A stretch of 64,000 bases of DNA from NCBI GenBank assembly GCA_039934415.1, contig JBDTME010000001.1:137417-201416 (forward strand), written 5' to 3'. Made by a program: the position numbers and the translations under genes. The notes beneath the pieces were generated by a model that saw nothing but the letters and a program-made list of their open reading frames with translations, had not been told where the DNA came from and made no database searches. Source of the DNA: Patescibacteria group bacterium (GTDB lineage Bacteria > Patescibacteriota > Microgenomatia > UBA1400 > PJMF01). Positions 36,521 through 45,010 of the stretch are shown one piece after another. Numbering within the stretch: the first letter of the stretch is position 1; each line of letters begins with the position of its first letter.

Positions 36521-37522
36521 ATGATAAATCAACAGACAACTCCAATAGTCATCACATCAATTTTTTCTCCTAACGAGGTGATAAAGCAGTTTGTAAAAAA
36601 AGGTTTCAAATTATACATCGCAGGTGACAAAAAGACACCTAAAAATTGGTCATTTGAAAACTGTGAATATCTCTCTATTGAGAGTCAGTTCAGATATGAG
36701 AAGCTAGCGGAAATCACTCCTGAAAATCATTATGCTCGGAAAAACTTTGCATATTTAGCTGCTATAGAATCTGGAGCATCTGAGATTTTTGAAACTGATG
36801 ATGACAATTACCCACAAAGTAATTATCCCAGTTTCCTGGAAAAGTCTACACAAAGTGTTCAAATATTAAAGAGTTCAGATCGGTTTTTTAATATTTATTC
36901 GGAGTTTCTGGCAGGTGATCAAGTAGTTTGGCCTAGAGGATATCCTTTAAAACAGATTTTAAATACACCTAAAAAACTCAGTAGGAAGACAAAAACAATA
37001 AATACCTTTATTCAGCAATCTTTGATTGATAATGATACAGATGTTGATGCTATTTATCGATTGACTAATAATAGACCAGTTACTTTTATCAAAGATAAAA
37101 AGTTGGCTTTAGATAAACATGTCTATGCTCCATTTAACTCTCAAAATACTGCGTGGTTTCCTCCTGCTTACTTATTTCTATACTTACCATCAACAGTTGG
37201 GAGTCGCGTCTGTGATATCCTTAGAGGATGGATCGCGCAACGTATGAGTTGGGAGATTGATTCTCATCTACTTTTTCTTTCACCTTGTGCGTATCAACTG
37301 AGGAATGAACATGATTATTTAAAAGATTTTAAAGATGAGTTGCCATTGTATATCGAAACGGAGAGAACAATTGAAATTTTAGAAACTACAAGTTTAACAG
37401 GCAGCACCCAATCGAAATTTGTGCAAATATATCAGGCTTTGGCGAAAGCAAACATTGTTCAACCTGAAGAAGTAAACAAAGTAAAGGCATGGATCAAAAT
37501 ATTATCCACACTTTTAAAATGA
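36521..37522 (+). CDS. Hypothetical protein, candidate unclassified GT-A-like glycosyltransferase (DDD motif)
   Basis: 333 aa, soluble. 'ASEIFETDDDNYP' (DDD at nt 36797-36805) follows a predicted beta-strand, as D-x-D motifs do. No match to a family I can name from sequence alone. Confidence 0.35.
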   Translation: MINQQTTPIVITSIFSPNEVIKQFVKKGFKLYIAGDKKTPKNWSFENCEYLSIESQFRYEKLAEITPENHYARKNFAYLAAIESGASEIFETDDDNYPQSNYPSFLEKSTQSVQILKSSDRFFNIYSEFLAGDQVVWPRGYPLKQILNTPKKLSRKTKTINTFIQQSLIDNDTDVDAIYRLTNNRPVTFIKDKKLALDKHVYAPFNSQNTAWFPPAYLFLYLPSTVGSRVCDILRGWIAQRMSWEIDSHLLFLSPCAYQLRNEHDYLKDFKDELPLYIETERTIEILETTSLTGSTQSKFVQIYQALAKANIVQPEEVNKVKAWIKILSTLLK

Positions 37523-38271
37523 TGAAAAGAAACACTCAAACTACAGTTTCGCTAGCTATACTAGTTAAAAATGAGTTCCAATCCTCTGAGGTGATTTTTC
37601 CTCTTATACCCAAAGGCATTGTGGACACTGTTTTTGTTATAGATGGGGGATCTGTAGATGGTACGGTAGAGTACTATAAAAAAAATAATGTACAAGTGTA
37701 TGGTCAATCAGTTTCAGGTTTAGGAGGCGCAGTTTTTGAAGCGAGAAAACGTTGCAAAGATGATTCCTTCATACTGTTTCATCCGGATGGGAATGAAGAT
37801 CCTCTGGACATTGAAATTATTGCATCATACTTGAGAAGAGGTCGTGAATTTGTGATTCCATCAAGGATGATTAAAGGTGCTTGGAATGAAGAAGATACTG
37901 AGTATTTACGGCCTAGAAAATGGTTCAATAAATCAATGGCTCTCCTGAGTAATCTTTTGTGGAATGAGTCTAATCCATTTGTTTCTGAAATAGTACAAGG
38001 TTTCAGAGGAATTCGTTGTGATGTCTTTGACAATCTAAATTTAGATAGAACTGATTGTACTGTTGATTTTCAGATGGTAATTAGAGCTTTAAAACAGAAT
38101 ATCCCGATTTTAGAATTTCCAACGAAAGAAGGAAACCGATTGTTTGGAGAGACTCATTTTAAATCACTTGAGACAGGGGCTAAAGAATTGGACATGTTTG
38201 CTCAAGAAATTTTTAATGAAGAAACTTATTTTGTCGAGGCAAATGCAGCTCAGTTAGTTGAGGCCAGTTGA
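37489..38271 (+). CDS. Family 2 glycosyltransferase-like protein
   Basis: 260 aa. 'VSLAILVKNEF...VFVIDGGSVDGT' is a GT2 N-terminal signature. 'FHPDGNEDP' contains an acidic motif. Confidence 0.5.
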   Translation: MDQNIIHTFKMMKRNTQTTVSLAILVKNEFQSSEVIFPLIPKGIVDTVFVIDGGSVDGTVEYYKKNNVQVYGQSVSGLGGAVFEARKRCKDDSFILFHPDGNEDPLDIEIIASYLRRGREFVIPSRMIKGAWNEEDTEYLRPRKWFNKSMALLSNLLWNESNPFVSEIVQGFRGIRCDVFDNLNLDRTDCTVDFQMVIRALKQNIPILEFPTKEGNRLFGETHFKSLETGAKELDMFAQEIFNEETYFVEANAAQLVEAS

Positions 38272-38274
38272 CCT

Positions 38275-39474
38275 TCACCTTTTTATTTTTTTGTTTTTTG
38301 TCTTTGTATTATCATTTAAATACTCAACTATTTTTTTACTGATAAGATAGTTAGTGTCTGAGTTCCAGTGAGAATCATCTGGATAATATAAAGGAGTTGA
38401 GTGAGTGTTCTTATACTCTTCTACAGCTTCGTTCATATCTATTACTTCTACCTCATATTTTTTTAATGTTTTTTGTAGAATAATGAGTGCGTTCTGACTA
38501 TCAGGAATATTTTTGTAGGTTTCTAATTCCGCATGTGTTTTTGAAGGGAGAGCCACAACAATTAAACGAACTCCTCTCATATTCAGTTGATCGCTAGATT
38601 TTTTTAATGTTTCTGCTGATTTTACAATATCTTCAGTTTTCTTACCTTCAGTACCTAAAGTTGGATTATCAAAGTCTTTTTGCCAAAATAGCATTTTGCT
38701 TTGAGGATCATATGTAACAAAATTTTGTGTTGACTGTTTTGCGATTTCTTCCCTGCTATACATCAGATTTTTCAATTTGAAATCCAATTGAACGGAGGCA
38801 AAGCGAGTTAAAGAGTATTGTTTAAATAGAAACGCCCATTTTTCAAAAGTATTCGGTAACTGCTCATTCTCTGCTTTCCATTCCTGGTAAGAGTTCCACT
38901 TGTGTGGGATGTTGTAAGGCTCTTTTTCTTCAATAATATATTTCCATAAGGAATTGATAATTTCGCCTTCTGTACCTACTACAAAAATATATTTTGGTGT
39001 ATTGGACTTAAAACGGTAATCATCCCAGTAGTACTGTAATGATGTGGGTGAGTTGTAGGTTCTCAGGTTGTAATCTCTAGTCAATATTTCAGAGATGAGA
39101 TTCTCTTGTGTTTCTTGACCTCCCGCCACAAAAGAGCTTCCGAGAACAATTGCATCTATGGGTTTATCTAATAATTGCGGTTGATTTCTGTACCCATATT
39201 CATCCACTATAAACTCTTGTTTTCGGATTTCATTAGGTTTTGGGGAAAAACCAATACCATTTAACAAATCTCCAGTCATAGTTCCGCTATATCGACTCAT
39301 TGGTTTAAAAACTGCAAATCCAGCATCTTTTCCTGTATAGTTTGAAACATATTCCCATGCTCTAAAGTAAATGGGAATGTTTTCTCGGTTTAAAAAACCA
39401 TATATATCAATTAAGGATAAACATAGCCAAACAGCAAGTGGAATGTAATAGAAGAAATGTCTAGAGATACTCAT
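38275..39474 (-). CDS. DltD/AlgJ-like SGNH-fold acyltransferase partner (N-terminal membrane anchor)
   Basis: 399 aa. N-terminal TM. 'VLGSSFVAGG' (SGNH block I, GSS variant as in DltD; nt 39130-39141). C-terminal 'DDSHW' is the block V DxxH motif (nt 38368-38379). Three nt downstream of an MBOAT gene. Confidence 0.45.
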   Translation of the reverse strand: MSISRHFFYYIPLAVWLCLSLIDIYGFLNRENIPIYFRAWEYVSNYTGKDAGFAVFKPMSRYSGTMTGDLLNGIGFSPKPNEIRKQEFIVDEYGYRNQPQLLDKPIDAIVLGSSFVAGGQETQENLISEILTRDYNLRTYNSPTSLQYYWDDYRFKSNTPKYIFVVGTEGEIINSLWKYIIEEKEPYNIPHKWNSYQEWKAENEQLPNTFEKWAFLFKQYSLTRFASVQLDFKLKNLMYSREEIAKQSTQNFVTYDPQSKMLFWQKDFDNPTLGTEGKKTEDIVKSAETLKKSSDQLNMRGVRLIVVALPSKTHAELETYKNIPDSQNALIILQKTLKKYEVEVIDMNEAVEEYKNTHSTPLYYPDDSHWNSDTNYLISKKIVEYLNDNTKTKNKKIKR

Positions 39475-39477
39475 AAT

Positions 39478-40884
39478 TTAAAATTGAAAATAAATAAAAG
39501 CTATTGATCTTTTCACCATTGAAAAGGAAATACTGAAAAAAAGTAGACAACTAAAGAAAATCAATTTCCATACATTGGGTTGAATTGCTTTTAAATTCTT
39601 TTCTTTAATGCATATGATCCAAAATACACCGATTAACCAGGCTGGGATTGTAGCAAATAATATATTTTGGGTTATATCCTCAAGAGGAAAGAAAGTCCAA
39701 GTTGTCATGGCATGGAAAACCAGTTTGGCTTCAGAAAGTGTTTTAAATTTAAAGATTACCCAGAGACTAGACACCAGTATAAATGTCAAAATTTGACGAA
39801 TTCTTTTCGGTAACTTTGCAATAATATTTTGAGGGAGAATTCTTTCTGTTACTAAAAAACAGCCATGAAGTGTCCCCCATACTATATAGTTCCATCCAGC
39901 TCCATGCCAAAGACCAGCTAAAATCATTGTTATAAGTAAATTTAGGTTCGTTCGTATCTCTCCTTTTCTGTTTCCTCCCAATGGGATGTAAATATAGTCT
40001 CTTATCCAAAGAGAAAGTGAAATATTCCACTTTTGCCAAAAATCAGTTATTGAAACAGATGTATATGGTGAGTCAAAATTATCAGGAAAATGAAAACCAA
40101 AGAAAGAAGCTATCCCAATAGCCATTAGAGAGTAACCCAAAAAATCAAAGTACAACCGTAAACTAAAGCTAAGTGTGATAATAACAGCCTTCAGTGTATC
40201 AAGTTGGGTGATTAGGGTATCTAGATGCTCTTCTAATGGAAAAAGCTGATCAGCAATAAATGTTTTTAAAAATAAGCCCACAGAAAAAAACACTAATCCT
40301 CGAAAAAAACTTTGATAATCTACATATCTTTTTTTTATTTCTTGAAATATTTCTGAATACCTCACAATTGGTCCAGCTATTAGGTGAGGAAAAAGAAGTG
40401 CATACACAGTATAGTGAAAAAAATTAGTTGATGCCTTTATTTTTTTCTTATACACGTCTGTTAAATAGCTGATTCGTTGGAAAGTGATAAAGGAGATGCC
40501 TACCGGTAGAAAAATTTCAGTTGTTGAGAGTTTAGCAAGGAAAGTATTAGGGACAAGTAGAAATAGCTGACCGCTTAAGAAGTGTGTGTACTTAAAGTAT
40601 CCCAGTAATCCTAGGTTAGTAACAACACCCATTAGAAAAAACATTTTTCTTGAGTTTAAGTTTCTTGTTTTTCCAATTAACTGAGCAAGACAAAAATCAA
40701 AAAAAACTGGAATGAGTAAAACTTCTATGTTGTTCATCCCAAAACTGAGATAGAAAAGCAGACTGCCTATAATCAGAATTAAGTTAGATAAACGAGCTAA
40801 TCTGGGGGTACTTTGTGTAACTAGATATATTGCTAATAAAATTGGGAAAAAATAAATTAAAAAAAAATAATCTGAGAAATTCAT
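39478..40884 (-). CDS. MBOAT-family membrane-bound O-acyltransferase (AlgI/DltB/PatA-like)
   Basis: 468 aa, polytopic. 'LAGLWHGAGWNYIVWGTLHG' is the MBOAT signature with the conserved catalytic His. Confidence 0.8.
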   Translation of the reverse strand: MNFSDYFFLIYFFPILLAIYLVTQSTPRLARLSNLILIIGSLLFYLSFGMNNIEVLLIPVFFDFCLAQLIGKTRNLNSRKMFFLMGVVTNLGLLGYFKYTHFLSGQLFLLVPNTFLAKLSTTEIFLPVGISFITFQRISYLTDVYKKKIKASTNFFHYTVYALLFPHLIAGPIVRYSEIFQEIKKRYVDYQSFFRGLVFFSVGLFLKTFIADQLFPLEEHLDTLITQLDTLKAVIITLSFSLRLYFDFLGYSLMAIGIASFFGFHFPDNFDSPYTSVSITDFWQKWNISLSLWIRDYIYIPLGGNRKGEIRTNLNLLITMILAGLWHGAGWNYIVWGTLHGCFLVTERILPQNIIAKLPKRIRQILTFILVSSLWVIFKFKTLSEAKLVFHAMTTWTFFPLEDITQNILFATIPAWLIGVFWIICIKEKNLKAIQPNVWKLIFFSCLLFFSISFSMVKRSIAFIYFQF

Positions 40885-41217
40885 AAAATTCGAATTAACG
40901 TTAGAAGTTAGTATATAGCATGTTTTAGCAGGCTTGCCGTGCTATAAAAGTCAAAATCAATGTCACGGTAATACCTGATATTTCAGTATAATATCACGAC
41001 AAATCATATTTGTTTTGAAAACGCTTAAAATGTAAGCTTGTATGAAGCAGAACACTTTTTTTAGAGATAAATGAAAATAGTGTTTATTCTCGAATTAGTA
41101 CTTGTAGGAGCTCCATGAGCTTTACTTAGATAAAGAACATGGGTATTATATGACAGAAAGAAATATGAAGATGTTGCGGTATTTAATGATCATTTAAATA
41201 TATATTGTTAAGCATAT

Positions 41218-42204
41218 ATGAAACACATTGATAACCAAAAGGTTTTAGTGACAGGTGGAACTGGCTCCTGGGGAAATGAACTGGTTACTCAATTACTGAA
41301 CATGAAACCAGGTCCAGCTCAAATTAGAATCTATTCTAGAGGTGAACACAAACAGGTTGAGATGAAAGCTCGATTCAATAATCCGAAACTAAAGTTCATT
41401 ATTGGTGACGTGCGCGATAAGAATATTTTGAATTTTTCAATGAAAGGTGTTGATACAGTCTTTCATTTAGCGGCTTTAAAACATGTGCCGGTTTGTGAAG
41501 ATAACCCTTGGGAAGCAGTTTTAACTAATGTGTACGGAACGCAAAACGTTATTGAGACTGCCATTGATAACAAAGTAAAAGTAGTTGTAGATGTTTCAAC
41601 AGACAAAGCAGTCGATCCCTATAATTTATATGGTGTCGCAAAAGCCTGTGGAGAGAAATTGATTATCAATGCAAACAAACTTTCTGACTCGACGCAGTTT
41701 GTTTGTATTAGAGGTGGAAACGTGATTGGAACAAATGGTAGCGTTATCCCTCTCTTTAAGAAACAGATCTTAGAAGATAATCAAATTACAGTGACAGATG
41801 CTTCTATGACTCGTTACTTAATGAGTACAAAACAAGCAATCCATCTAATTTTTCAAGCCATTCAAAAACATACCGGTGGAGAAATATTTGTGTTAAATAT
41901 GCCCGGCACTACTGTCGACATCATTGCTAAAAGTATGATTGAACTTTTTGGGAATAAGAAGACAAAAGTTAAAGTGATTGGTGCCCGTCAAGGGGAAAAG
42001 AAGCATGAGGTGCTTATTTCTAAAAACGAAGCTGTATTTACTGAAGACACGAATGATTCTTTCTACACAATTCACCCAAGTTTTAAAAAAGTAGTGATAA
42101 AGAAACCGTTCAATCTTGAGGAATTTTCTTCTCTAAACACGAAACAACTTTCACAAACAGAACTTATCAATATGTTAAAAAAAGAAAATTGGTTGTTTTT
42201 ATAA
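41218..42204 (+). CDS. UDP-N-acetylglucosamine 4,6-dehydratase (PseB/FlaA1/CapD-like, soluble short form)
   Basis: 328 aa. 'VLVTGGTGSWGNELV', 'LKFIIGDVRD', 'FHLAALKHVP' and 'YGVAKACGE' match the PseB/FlaA1 family closely. Confidence 0.75.
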   Translation: MKHIDNQKVLVTGGTGSWGNELVTQLLNMKPGPAQIRIYSRGEHKQVEMKARFNNPKLKFIIGDVRDKNILNFSMKGVDTVFHLAALKHVPVCEDNPWEAVLTNVYGTQNVIETAIDNKVKVVVDVSTDKAVDPYNLYGVAKACGEKLIINANKLSDSTQFVCIRGGNVIGTNGSVIPLFKKQILEDNQITVTDASMTRYLMSTKQAIHLIFQAIQKHTGGEIFVLNMPGTTVDIIAKSMIELFGNKKTKVKVIGARQGEKKHEVLISKNEAVFTEDTNDSFYTIHPSFKKVVIKKPFNLEEFSSLNTKQLSQTELINMLKKENWLFL

Positions 42205-42213
42205 GGCTTCTTC

Positions 42214-43326
42214 ATGTCCTTTTTTTTGCTTTCTCATGTCATGTTTCAAAAAGGTGTCCCAATCTACGGTCCAGTACAAGTATTGGAACGATATTTAAAA
42301 GAACAGCGTGTATCAATTTCAACTGCATACTCGCCTCTTTTTCTTGAAGGCAAGTATATTCAAACTGGAAAAGTGAATAAGAAATTTTCAAAGCACTTCT
42401 CTAACATGATTGTAAAATATTTTTTTGATGTTCAATTTGCATTTCTCTTTTTATTGAAAAACAAACCTAAAAAAAATGATGTGGTGATTGCAGTTGATCC
42501 ACTAAACTGTGTAAGTGCCGTTATCTTAAGAGTTCTATTTAGGTTTACGCTCATTTATTACACTGCTGATTATTCAGACTCCCGCTTTCCGAGTGAAATC
42601 ATGAATCAAATCTATCATTGGTTAGACCAATTCTGTCTGAATAACTCTGATCAAAATTGGTGTGTGTCGGATCGAATTGTAGAAAAAAGAAAACAACAGA
42701 GAACGAAAACACCAGTCCACTTTGTTCCAAATACACCAATTCTTCCTGACGAGGTATCAAAAACACAGAAAGAGTCATCAAAGAATAAACTCTTATATGT
42801 TGGAAGTATGGATCAACACATGAATGTGCTAACTGTACTTGATGCAGTTAAAAAACTTTCTAAAACAAATAAAAGGATTCAATTGACATTGATTGGTGGT
42901 GGATTACTTGAACATCAAATTAAAGAACAGATTAAAAAAGAGAAAATGGAAAAAATTGTAGAATATTTTGGTCCACAGAAAAACAGTATTGTCATTGAAC
43001 AAATCAAAAAATCAGGAATTGGATTGGCCTTATATAGTGGTGGGAAACTTTGGAATAAATACGGAGATTCAATGAAAATTAGGGAATATCAGTATTTTGG
43101 CTTACCAGTAGTAACAACAGAAGTACCATCTAATGCAAAAGAGGTTGAAAAGATGGATTGTGGTATTGTATTAACAAGCAAACAACTTTCCGCTATGGTG
43201 ATTTGTTCAGCGGTGACAAAGATTCAAAAGAACTTTCTAGATTATTCTAAAAACACACATCTGCTGATGCAACAAAGACAGAAACACAAAATTTTAACAG
43301 ATTTGCTTAAGCCGTATCTTTCTTAA
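42214..43326 (+). CDS. Glycosyltransferase, GT4-like C-terminal domain
   Basis: 370 aa. 'LLYVGSMDQHMNVLTVLDAV...LTLIGGG' and 'YQYFGLPVVTTE' resemble the Glycos_transf_1 core. The N-terminal half is divergent. Confidence 0.45.
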   Translation: MSFFLLSHVMFQKGVPIYGPVQVLERYLKEQRVSISTAYSPLFLEGKYIQTGKVNKKFSKHFSNMIVKYFFDVQFAFLFLLKNKPKKNDVVIAVDPLNCVSAVILRVLFRFTLIYYTADYSDSRFPSEIMNQIYHWLDQFCLNNSDQNWCVSDRIVEKRKQQRTKTPVHFVPNTPILPDEVSKTQKESSKNKLLYVGSMDQHMNVLTVLDAVKKLSKTNKRIQLTLIGGGLLEHQIKEQIKKEKMEKIVEYFGPQKNSIVIEQIKKSGIGLALYSGGKLWNKYGDSMKIREYQYFGLPVVTTEVPSNAKEVEKMDCGIVLTSKQLSAMVICSAVTKIQKNFLDYSKNTHLLMQQRQKHKILTDLLKPYLS

Positions 43327-43338
43327 TTTGGACAATGT

Positions 43339-44292
43339 ATGACAGAAATAAACAACAGAGTGTTAATTACAGGCGGAACTGGTTTGTTAGGAACACATTT
43401 AATCCTTTCAAAACCTGAGAGCTGTTCAGTTTTCGCAAGCGTTCATCATTATAAAAATGTAATCGATGTGAAGAATTTAGAATATGTGGAGTTAGATGTC
43501 GCAAATCAGGCAGAAGTAGTAAAGGTTATTCAAGCAATTAAGCCAGCATTCATATTTCATACGGCAGCACATGGACGTGTGGATTTTTGTGAGTCCCATC
43601 CTGAAGAAGCACACGCTGTAAATTATGAAGCTACTCGTTTTATTGTAGATGCAGCTAATACTGTTGGTAGCCGGGTTATATTTTGTTCTACAAATATGAT
43701 TTTTGATGGTTTAGAAGCGCCTTATAATGAAAGTTCTCTTGTGACACCCCAAACGGTTTATGGAAAAACAAAGGTAAAAGCAGAAGTATATATCCGGGAA
43801 CATGCGAAGAATTACACAATTTTCCGATTGATGACCATGTATGGTTGGAACTGGCAACCTGAAAGAAAAAACATGATTTCTATGTCAATTGAAAAATTAA
43901 CAGCGAACCAGGATTTGTGGATGACCAATGATGTTTTTAATAACATGTTGTATGTAGCCGAGACTGCAAGAGTTTTCTGGAGTTCTATTCAATCAGAAAT
44001 AGCAAATCAGCAGACATATCACTTAGCAGGTAATGACTGTCTTAATAGATATGAAACTACTTTACAGGTGTGCAAAGTGTTTGAATTAAACAAAAAATTA
44101 GTTCATGAGGTCAGTTCGGATTACTTTAAAGGACAGGAAGTACCACGTTCACCTAATACTTGCTTTGATACATCGAAAATAGAAAGTAAATTTGAATACT
44201 CGCCTCTTTCTGTTATTGATGGCCTAATTGAGATGAAATCTGACCAACCAATGAGAAAAAGTTTAAATCGAAAGAACTATGAAGCAAGATAA
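43339..44292 (+). CDS. RmlD-like NAD(P)H-dependent 4-keto-sugar reductase (dTDP-4-dehydrorhamnose reductase family)
   Basis: 317 aa. 'VLITGGTGLLGTHL', 'FHTAAHGRVDFCESHPEEAHAVN', 'STNMIFDG' and 'TVYGKTKVKAE' (YxxxK) follow the RmlD substrate-binding-domain pattern. Confidence 0.55.
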   Translation: MTEINNRVLITGGTGLLGTHLILSKPESCSVFASVHHYKNVIDVKNLEYVELDVANQAEVVKVIQAIKPAFIFHTAAHGRVDFCESHPEEAHAVNYEATRFIVDAANTVGSRVIFCSTNMIFDGLEAPYNESSLVTPQTVYGKTKVKAEVYIREHAKNYTIFRLMTMYGWNWQPERKNMISMSIEKLTANQDLWMTNDVFNNMLYVAETARVFWSSIQSEIANQQTYHLAGNDCLNRYETTLQVCKVFELNKKLVHEVSSDYFKGQEVPRSPNTCFDTSKIESKFEYSPLSVIDGLIEMKSDQPMRKSLNRKNYEAR

Positions 44293-44959
44293 ACGTATTT
44301 TTCAAAAAGATTATTTTACTAAATATTACGAACCTATGACTGGAAAGTTTGGTCATCAGGATCTAGTTAGAAATAAGAATTGGTTCTATGGGTGGTTTAA
44401 CGCACTCCAAGAATGGTACAATTTTAAAGAAGGTAATGAGAAAAAAGTTTTGGAAATAGGTTGTTCAATCGGTGCTGCTTGTCAACTTCTTAGTGAGAGA
44501 GGATTTAAAGTTACAGGATCAGATATTAGTTCGTATGCGATTAAAGGTGCAAAAAAAGTTGTCCCTAAGGTCGCTTTCGAAGTGTTGGATATTGAAACTT
44601 CAAAGAAGTATCAAAATACATTTGATGTTATTTTTGCATTCGAAGTCATTGAACATCTGGGAGATTTAGATGCTGCATTTGCAAATATCTATCGAATGTT
44701 GAAAAAAGGTGGTGTGTTCATTGCATCTACGCCGTATCCTTATTCGTACGTGTTTATTGATAAAACGCACATAAATGTTCGTCATCCTCTAGATTGGATG
44801 CGACTCTTAAAACAACATAGGTTCAAGAACACTAAATGGAAACAAATAATGTTCATTCCATTTTTTTATCGTTACTCTCCTCTATTTCATTTTACATTAC
44901 CAATAGGGTTACCAACTCCATATGTGAACTCACCTATCTTTTTATATGGTAAAAAGTAA
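44279..44959 (+). CDS. Class I SAM-dependent methyltransferase
   Basis: 226 aa. 'VLEIGCSIGAACQLLSERGFKVTGSDIS' is SAM-binding motif I. 'VIFAFEVIEHL' is post-motif II. Confidence 0.65.
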   Translation: MKQDKRIFQKDYFTKYYEPMTGKFGHQDLVRNKNWFYGWFNALQEWYNFKEGNEKKVLEIGCSIGAACQLLSERGFKVTGSDISSYAIKGAKKVVPKVAFEVLDIETSKKYQNTFDVIFAFEVIEHLGDLDAAFANIYRMLKKGGVFIASTPYPYSYVFIDKTHINVRHPLDWMRLLKQHRFKNTKWKQIMFIPFFYRYSPLFHFTLPIGLPTPYVNSPIFLYGKK

Positions 44960-45010
44960 AATTAGTTTGAATATTCCAATCAATTACATTATCGTGTACT
45001 CTTTCTTCCA

